This document shows positions 57,243 to 64,000 of a stretch of DNA of 64,000 nt, piece after piece. The notes below the pieces were generated by a model. It saw only the letters and a list, made by a program, of their open reading frames with translations, was not told the DNA's origin and did not search any database. The translations under genes were made by a program, and so were the position numbers. Source of the stretch: an archaeon (lineage in GTDB: Archaea > Nanobdellota > Nanobdellia > Woesearchaeales > UBA9642); contig JAGVGF010000005.1 in NCBI GenBank assembly GCA_020057295.1, forward strand, positions 32,001 to 96,000, given 5' to 3'. Position 1 is the stretch's first letter. Each line of letters starts with the position of its first letter.

Positions 57243-58919
57243 ATGAGTCAAAAAAAGGCACAATATGCTAGTAATGCTGCAGCATTTGTCGCAATACTAA
57301 CCGTATTAATAATATTGTATATACTATTTCTACCACCAGATATAAGAACAGATTTACTGGGTGATAGGACTGGTAAAAATGTTAATGGTACAGGAAGTAC
57401 TGATACTTCTGTATTGCTTAAACAAAATGTTGGCCTAGTTAATTATATTAATACTAATGAGAAAGTGTATGACTTACCGGCAACTAGAATTCTTTCACCA
57501 ACATCTGGACAAATACTTAAGAGTGTTCCAAGCATCTCACTGTTACACGCATTATTTGATAGAGAAAAAGCAAAATATGATATTGATTTTAATATTAACA
57601 AGGCAGGAACAAAAAATGTACTCCTATCATTTAATATTAGAGAACATAAAGGACCAATTAGTGTTGTATTAAATGATCGTGAAATATTTAGTTCAGAAAT
57701 AACTGCTACAAATCCTAAACCAATAGTTTTGGATACAGAATATTTAAGTGATACAAACAGATTAAGCTTAATTGTTCCATCACCAGGATGGGCTTTCTGG
57801 AGTGTTAACAAATATAGTCTAGAAAATTTACAAATAACAGGAGATGTTACTGATTATAGTAATTCTGAAGCAGTACAATATTTTAGTTTAAGCCAGACAG
57901 AAAGAGATAATCTTGAAGCTATAAGATTATACTTCTATCCTAACTGTAATTTTAAAGATACTGGAGCATTAAGAATCGATCTTAACAAGCGTACAATATA
58001 TAATTCAATAGCTGATTGTGGTTCTAGAACATTTGCAGCGCTTAATAAAAACGATTTACTTACTGGTTCTAACGAATTAAGATTTTCAAGTACTAAAGGT
58101 TCGTACACTCTAGATAATATGTATGTAAAAGTTACGATGAGTAAACCTGCATATAGGACTTACTTCTTTGAATTAAAAGACGATTACTTTAATGTAAAAA
58201 CCAATACAGCACGATGTGGAGATTATGATGGAACATGTCCTTCTGGATGCGATGAAACTGTTGATGCAGATTGTTGTTTCAGTAGAAATGGATTCTGGTG
58301 TTCATTACCAACATTAAATGCTAATGATAGATGCAGATTCTATGTTGCTACTGATGACTGTAATATTTGTAAAACAGGATTCTATGATAGTTATAGTAAT
58401 GCTCCAACTAATTGTCAAAATAAGTATGGAGATAATACTGATAATTTATGTCCTGCAAATACTCCACAACCATCAAAATATTATGATAAGGACTGCTGCT
58501 TTGCGGCAAGTGTAGATAATTATTGGTGTAAGGAAGTTCCTGTAACAGGTATTGTTGATAAATGTAAACCATCAATCGCACCTAGTGAATGTGAGTTATG
58601 CTCTTCAGGATATGTAAAGAAAGATGGTTCCAGACCTTTGTCATGCAACGTTGCTGGAATAAATAACAATAATGATGAAGATACTTTGATGAATAGTTAT
58701 GAAGTTAAAATGTTTGTTAGATTTGTTGATGGCAGTAAGAGAAAACGTGTAGATATGAATGTTAATGGACACACTTTCAGAATAGATACAACAAGCATTG
58801 AATATAGCAAAGTTATCAGTGACTTTTCGCGTAGAGGAACTAATAGTATAGAAATAGTCCCTGTAGAAACCGATGTCGATATTGCTGAAATAAGAGTAGA
58901 GTTTAAACAAGTAAGATAA
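57243..58919 (+). CDS. Membrane-anchored surface protein with class III-like signal and Cys-rich insert
   Basis: MSQKKAQ + hydrophobic helix; beta-sandwich-like repeats ending GSNEL/GTNSI; two DxDCC modules. Confidence 0.75.
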   Translation: MSQKKAQYASNAAAFVAILTVLIILYILFLPPDIRTDLLGDRTGKNVNGTGSTDTSVLLKQNVGLVNYINTNEKVYDLPATRILSPTSGQILKSVPSISLLHALFDREKAKYDIDFNINKAGTKNVLLSFNIREHKGPISVVLNDREIFSSEITATNPKPIVLDTEYLSDTNRLSLIVPSPGWAFWSVNKYSLENLQITGDVTDYSNSEAVQYFSLSQTERDNLEAIRLYFYPNCNFKDTGALRIDLNKRTIYNSIADCGSRTFAALNKNDLLTGSNELRFSSTKGSYTLDNMYVKVTMSKPAYRTYFFELKDDYFNVKTNTARCGDYDGTCPSGCDETVDADCCFSRNGFWCSLPTLNANDRCRFYVATDDCNICKTGFYDSYSNAPTNCQNKYGDNTDNLCPANTPQPSKYYDKDCCFAASVDNYWCKEVPVTGIVDKCKPSIAPSECELCSSGYVKKDGSRPLSCNVAGINNNNDEDTLMNSYEVKMFVRFVDGSKRKRVDMNVNGHTFRIDTTSIEYSKVISDFSRRGTNSIEIVPVETDVDIAEIRVEFKQVR

Positions 58920-59006
58920 AACAACAAGTAATAGTATGCAATAATAGCTATAATAAAAAGATAATAATTACAATATAAAAGAGGGTTAGATTCTTTTAAT
59001 TTCAAA

Positions 59007-60749
59007 ATGGGAATAATAAGCGCAGCTGCAAAGATTGGAGCAAAAAAAGATTTAGCTAAAGAATCAATAAGCAGTACTGTTGCAGCTGCAAAGGATAAAG
59101 TTTCTGATATTAAAACAAAAGCTTCTGCTATTAAAGAAGATCCTAAAGCATATTTTGCAAATAAATATTCTGCTGCAAAAACTAAAGCCCTAGAAGAAGC
59201 AAGAAATCCTAGTACAAGTTCTACAGTCGTAAATAATAATGCTGCTGAAGATAAAGAGAAAGAAAAACTTGAGAAGAAAGAAGAGAAACTTGCTGATGAA
59301 CGTTTAAAACAATTACGTAATGATGGAAAAGCTATTGGTGGAAGAGGATCAGGCGATAGTAGTTCAGATAATGGACATCTAACCATACTTTTCTGGATTG
59401 CATTATTAACTCATTTCGTTGATGCGATGACTAAATTTCAAAGACCAGGATTTATGGTTTTCGTATATCTTGGTATGATGATTTACGCAGTGATAGTTGT
59501 TTACAAGATGGGCAGACCTGATATTGAAGAAATGGAATTTTTCGGATTTATGGTCCTAGCGTATTTCTTACCTTTCTTGCCTAATTTCTTCCCTGATAAT
59601 AGATGGATACTTGCAATATCTGGTGTGATATTCTTATTCCCATTATTACCGTTATATTTAGGAATTAGATTTCCTGAAAATAGTTCGATTAACAAATGGT
59701 CTAAAAGATATTTCGTATTATGGGCAATAATATTAGTCTTTTATCTTATTGTGACTTTTGCTCCAGACCAAAATACAAAGACATTAATTAAAGATCCTAT
59801 GGCAGGAGTAAAATATGTACTTTCTGGTGTAATGGGTACTTTCGAAAAAACATACAAGACTTTTGACACGTCTATTAAACGTGCCATAGCTCAAGCTACA
59901 GGCCAACCATATGAAGGGCAGGAAGAAAGTCAAGTAGGAATATATATTACGGATGTGAAACCCCTCGAGTCTAAATATAATACTAATTCAGAAGTTTATG
60001 TAGAAGCTAAAGTGTCTGCAAAGAATGTTAAGCAAGCCGTACCAATAATAAGTTTATTCTGTTACATCCCAGATGTTAAATCTGGAAGTGTATCACCCTC
60101 ACAATTACCGAATATGCGTGAGAATGATGAAAACATTGTAGACTGCAATCTGGGGAAATTAAAAGAGGGAAGTTATGATGTTAAAGTCAAAGCAAATTTC
60201 CAATTCGAAACAACATCAGATATTGAATATACATTTGTTAGTCAAGGAGTAAGAACAGATCAGTACAAGGCATTAGGAATAGATGAGAAAACTATTGCAA
60301 CATACACAGGAGGACCTGTAGAATTAGGACTACCATCATTACAACAACCATTAAGGATTCTAATTGATGAGACCAACAAAAATGTTCAACTCAGTAGTTA
60401 TCCTTTTGGAGTAAGCTTAAAGAATAAATGGCCTCAAGGAAAAGTTGTTAGGGGAATAAGATATATTCTTGACGTTCCTGATGAAGTAAAACTAGTAGGA
60501 TGTAGTAGAAATCCCATATATGTTAGGAATACTACTGATGGAAGTACGTATAGAAACATTTATTCATTTAATATTAATACAGCTAATGCACAGGATGTAT
60601 TTGATGCAGTTAGTTGTAGAATGCAATTCGATGATGTTAAAAAATTATTAGGAAATGATTTAAAGAGTGTTAAAACGTTCGCTGCAAGAGCAGTTTATGA
60701 ATATAGTATTGAAGAAAGCACTTTGGTAGTTGTGGAAAAGAATCAGTGA
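59007..60749 (+). CDS. Multi-pass membrane protein with large extracellular beta domain
   Basis: Charged N-terminus, about 5 TM helices, C-terminal domain ending VYEY. Confidence 0.75.
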   Translation: MGIISAAAKIGAKKDLAKESISSTVAAAKDKVSDIKTKASAIKEDPKAYFANKYSAAKTKALEEARNPSTSSTVVNNNAAEDKEKEKLEKKEEKLADERLKQLRNDGKAIGGRGSGDSSSDNGHLTILFWIALLTHFVDAMTKFQRPGFMVFVYLGMMIYAVIVVYKMGRPDIEEMEFFGFMVLAYFLPFLPNFFPDNRWILAISGVIFLFPLLPLYLGIRFPENSSINKWSKRYFVLWAIILVFYLIVTFAPDQNTKTLIKDPMAGVKYVLSGVMGTFEKTYKTFDTSIKRAIAQATGQPYEGQEESQVGIYITDVKPLESKYNTNSEVYVEAKVSAKNVKQAVPIISLFCYIPDVKSGSVSPSQLPNMRENDENIVDCNLGKLKEGSYDVKVKANFQFETTSDIEYTFVSQGVRTDQYKALGIDEKTIATYTGGPVELGLPSLQQPLRILIDETNKNVQLSSYPFGVSLKNKWPQGKVVRGIRYILDVPDEVKLVGCSRNPIYVRNTTDGSTYRNIYSFNINTANAQDVFDAVSCRMQFDDVKKLLGNDLKSVKTFAARAVYEYSIEESTLVVVEKNQ

Positions 60750-60753
60750 GCTT

Positions 60754-63459
60754 ATGAAAAGTATTAATTTAATATTAATAATATGTTTAGCAGTTTTAAT
60801 CACTGCATGTATGCCTGGAGGCAGTACTGATAAGTATCGTATAGGAACCGAGGGTTTAAGGATTGAATTTGCTACTTCTAATGCTAAAGATCTTTACGAA
60901 GGAGATTACTTCGATATGAGTCTATTTATTAAAAATCTTGGTGCAGGAACAGTAAGCAGTAATAATCCCGGAAATCTAAAAATTGTTTTTGATGATTATC
61001 GCGTAATGCCTATAAGTAATAATGCTAAGGTAGGAAATGTTCAAAGTATAGCGTTAAATGGTAGAAGTGCAGAATATCCTGCTGGTGATGAGGAATATTA
61101 TACGTACTCATTTAGAGCTAAACCATTGACTAAATTAAGAGAATCTTCCAAAACTTCTATAACATATAATCTTTGTTATCCCTATAAAACCGAATTTACA
61201 ACATTTACATGTATAGATACTAAAAGTTCGACTCAGAGCAATACAGAAGCAGTAGCATGTAAGAGCGAACCATACAACGGCGGTTCTGGACAGGGAGCTC
61301 CTATTACTGTTACAAAAATTGAACCTGAAATAATGATGCAGGGAAGTTTTATTAAACCACAATTTAAGGTATATCTTGCAAATAATGGTGGAGGATATGT
61401 AACTAGTGCAATATCATGTCAAGATACAAATATTAACGATAATACTCAGATGAGTAGAGTTAATGTTTTTGCTAAGCTTTCTGGAGAATATCTTCTTTGT
61501 GGCAGAATTTATGAAAATGGTACCGAGGATAACAGTGTAAGAATTAAAGATGGTGAAGATACATATATTAGATGTGGTTTAAGAGAAAATACTACTAATA
61601 GTAAATATTTACGTAGCAATAAAAATTTCGAATCGCCATTAACAATAACAATATTGTATACTTATACGACTATTGAAAAACAAGAAATTGAAATTAAAAG
61701 CAATAATGATATAGATCAGCCAGTAACACAAGGAATATGCGCTTCATATCAAATAGAATATAATGGTAGATGTTATACAAAATGCGAATATTGTGCAGCA
61801 CACCCTACAGACATAGTTAATTGTGTTCCATCAAATTTTACTCAAGGATTTAGTTTTGAAAATTTTGGATGTAGTTGTACATTAACTCAATGTAATGAAA
61901 AAGAAAAGAAAGGAAGTTGTATTAAGAATTATTGTCCTGGAGAATTATACTGTTGTAGCGATGCGCAGTGCGATCAATGGCAAGTAAATTATAATGGACA
62001 GTGTATCGACAAATGCGAATACTGTTCTAAAATAAATCCTAATGATACCGCAACATGCAAAAAAGGTTTTGACTTTACAGGATTTACATGCACTAAATTA
62101 AACTCTAATGCAGATACAGCAAGCCAAAATTGTGATAATTATGCACAAAGTGGTGCATGCATTAAAGGATATTGCGGGGGAGATAATGCAGATACATATT
62201 ATTGCGCAAATATTGATAAGAAAACTTGTCCTCCTACAGATAATCCTGCTGCAATCTATAATTACGGCGGTAAATGCATAACGCTTTGCGAATATTGTTC
62301 CAAACCAGAAGCAGCAAACTCAGACAATTGTGTTGCTAAGAACTTTAATGATATAAATATTAGAGTTAATACTTCTTTTGAATGTTGTGATGGAAGATAT
62401 TTAAACAGATTATTTAATCTTAATTTCACAGTTAGTGATTCTAGATTCTGCGGTAACGATAAATATTGTTGTAATCCTAAGATATTACCTGAAATGACGG
62501 CAGTGCCAACTACAGACATCTCTCTATTATTAAGAAACACAACAGCACCACGCACTGATCAAAATCTTACAGGAGTAGATTTCAGCACAATACCATGTCC
62601 TTCAGATAAACCAATAAGAGTTGGCTCGGAATGTTATGAAATATGTGAATACTGTTCTTCTAATCCTACAAGTCCTAATTGTACGGCATATCAAAGCAGT
62701 ACATTGAAATTTAATGGAAACTTTAGATGTATTGGAACAATGTTAGATCAATACAAAGGATATGTAATTAATAATGAAGCCGGAAGATGTTTCACAGACA
62801 CAAAATATTGTAATATAGGAAGTGCTGGAATAGTTTGTTGCGATACAACAGTATGCCCTGCAGGTTCTAAATACAATAACGGAAAATGCGAAGAATTATG
62901 TGAGTATTGTAAAAACGGACGTTCAGATTCTTTGTGTAATAGTACAAAACTACTGCCAACAATGATTTGTCAATCAACGTTTTCATGTACGGGTACAGCT
63001 TTATTAAGAGAAAATTGTGTTCCGGGATATTGTAGAGAAGGACTGGGACAATCATGTTATGCGTATAAAGCTTGCGCAGCATATGAAGTATTATTTCGCG
63101 GAGATTGTGTAAACAGATGTATGTATTGTAAAGAACATCCAACAGACACAGATGCTTGTGGTGCTAATTCTGTAAGTTTATTTAATTTAGGAAATAATGA
63201 TTTTGCTTGTAAGGATGACATATCTACTAGTTCTTGGTTTTACAGAAAATTAGTAAATGATAATATTAAACCTTACTGTCCAGGAACTAACAAATGTTCG
63301 TCAAGTTGTATATCAGGAACATATTATTATCCTTCTAATAACAATAATGGTGCGTGTTATACTCCTCAACAATTATGTCCTTTACTTAAACAAAACGGAG
63401 TAGATCCAACAGATATGCCTTCAGGAGCTAGATGTTGCGAAGATCACATTACATGCTAA
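60754..63459 (+). CDS. Lipoprotein with N-terminal beta domain and six Cys-rich CEYC repeats
   Basis: Lipobox ITAC; G..GL.IEF, NLG, CYPYKT, QGAPI.V; repeated G-x-C-x3-CEYC. Confidence 0.8.
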   Translation: MKSINLILIICLAVLITACMPGGSTDKYRIGTEGLRIEFATSNAKDLYEGDYFDMSLFIKNLGAGTVSSNNPGNLKIVFDDYRVMPISNNAKVGNVQSIALNGRSAEYPAGDEEYYTYSFRAKPLTKLRESSKTSITYNLCYPYKTEFTTFTCIDTKSSTQSNTEAVACKSEPYNGGSGQGAPITVTKIEPEIMMQGSFIKPQFKVYLANNGGGYVTSAISCQDTNINDNTQMSRVNVFAKLSGEYLLCGRIYENGTEDNSVRIKDGEDTYIRCGLRENTTNSKYLRSNKNFESPLTITILYTYTTIEKQEIEIKSNNDIDQPVTQGICASYQIEYNGRCYTKCEYCAAHPTDIVNCVPSNFTQGFSFENFGCSCTLTQCNEKEKKGSCIKNYCPGELYCCSDAQCDQWQVNYNGQCIDKCEYCSKINPNDTATCKKGFDFTGFTCTKLNSNADTASQNCDNYAQSGACIKGYCGGDNADTYYCANIDKKTCPPTDNPAAIYNYGGKCITLCEYCSKPEAANSDNCVAKNFNDINIRVNTSFECCDGRYLNRLFNLNFTVSDSRFCGNDKYCCNPKILPEMTAVPTTDISLLLRNTTAPRTDQNLTGVDFSTIPCPSDKPIRVGSECYEICEYCSSNPTSPNCTAYQSSTLKFNGNFRCIGTMLDQYKGYVINNEAGRCFTDTKYCNIGSAGIVCCDTTVCPAGSKYNNGKCEELCEYCKNGRSDSLCNSTKLLPTMICQSTFSCTGTALLRENCVPGYCREGLGQSCYAYKACAAYEVLFRGDCVNRCMYCKEHPTDTDACGANSVSLFNLGNNDFACKDDISTSSWFYRKLVNDNIKPYCPGTNKCSSSCISGTYYYPSNNNNGACYTPQQLCPLLKQNGVDPTDMPSGARCCEDHITC

Positions 63460-63504
63460 TTAAAAACAAAATCTTTATATATTATAGATACGAGGTTAAC
63501 TAAA

Positions 63505-64000
63505 ATGATGCGTGAGTTTAGCTTAAATAAGTTGTTCTTATTATTTTTAGGAATTATTACATTGATTGTTGCTTCTGGTTGTACAAGCACTTATGGTAAT
63601 ACTAAATATTATACAGGCTATAATAGTGTAGAGATGAAATTTTTATCAGATAGTCCTCCAGCAATATTCTACTATGATAGTCAAGCTGCAGAAGAAGGAC
63701 GAGATCCTACAGTTAATACTATTCCTATTAATGTTCAGATTCAAAATCTTGGTTCTTCTGATAGTTATGGGGCCTTATTTATTCACGGATTTGATCCTAA
63801 TATTGTAGCTGTTGATGGATATACTCGACCTTATAGTATTGGCGGATATATGCGTGGACCAGTATTTGGTGGATGGTATCAGGGAGGTCAAAATTATGGT
63901 TTTAATCTTGGCGGTCTTGATATTGGTAAAGGATATAATCTTAATTTCGGGTTTCAAAAAGTTGGTGACAGAAACATAATGTCATTCTCCACATTTAATG
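63505..64000 (+). CDS. Lipoprotein paralogous to the upstream gene, truncated by window edge
   Basis: Read manually: MMREFSLNKLFLLFLGIITLIVASGCTSTYGNTKYYTGYNSVEMKFLSDSPP...IQNLG; SD GAGGT; open to the end. Confidence 0.8.
   Translation, partial: MMREFSLNKLFLLFLGIITLIVASGCTSTYGNTKYYTGYNSVEMKFLSDSPPAIFYYDSQAAEEGRDPTVNTIPINVQIQNLGSSDSYGALFIHGFDPNIVAVDGYTRPYSIGGYMRGPVFGGWYQGGQNYGFNLGGLDIGKGYNLNFGFQKVGDRNIMSFSTFN

Noticed and set aside
58697-59386. 229-aa minus-strand ORF
   Set aside because: Antisense shadow of the Lys/Ala-rich start of the 59007 gene and the end of the preceding gene
60754-63459. Multiheme cytochrome or polyferredoxin
   Set aside because: The CxxC motifs lack the following His and ferredoxin spacing; the protein appears exported

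Overview
Low-GC archaeal chromosome segment. The archaeal-type ribosomal proteins, histone, pelota, Hef, TrmB and tandem Lrp/AsnC regulators, plus KKAQ-type and lipoprotein surface proteins, suggest a DPANN archaeon, probably Woesearchaeota-like (inference, not a phylogeny). Bases ~1.5-14.3 kb hold the S10/spc-like ribosomal superoperon (rpl3 to rpl15, 24 genes, minus strand). It ends without secY and is preceded by a ~230-nt, multi-hairpin 5' leader. The middle carries metabolic, redox and accessory genes (ppa, PhoU-like regulator, phosphatases, bacterial-type hflK/hflC, VKOR-like, trxB-ahpC-VIT1, TerC) and two RelE-type TA modules. The best candidate for an undescribed system is the ~4.5-kb minus-strand cassette at 37074-41620. 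It has four translationally coupled unknown genes, three sharing an 'L-x-x-EGFF-x3-K' winged-helix-like domain (one fused to a HEPN/DUF4145-like domain), followed by a MazG-like pyrophosphatase and a nuclease-helicase of DUF2075 type. The right end has pheS/pheT, an ArmA/Rmt-like rRNA methyltransferase behind pelota, and a cluster of Cys-rich surface proteins. All family assignments come from motif recognition by eye; no searches were run.
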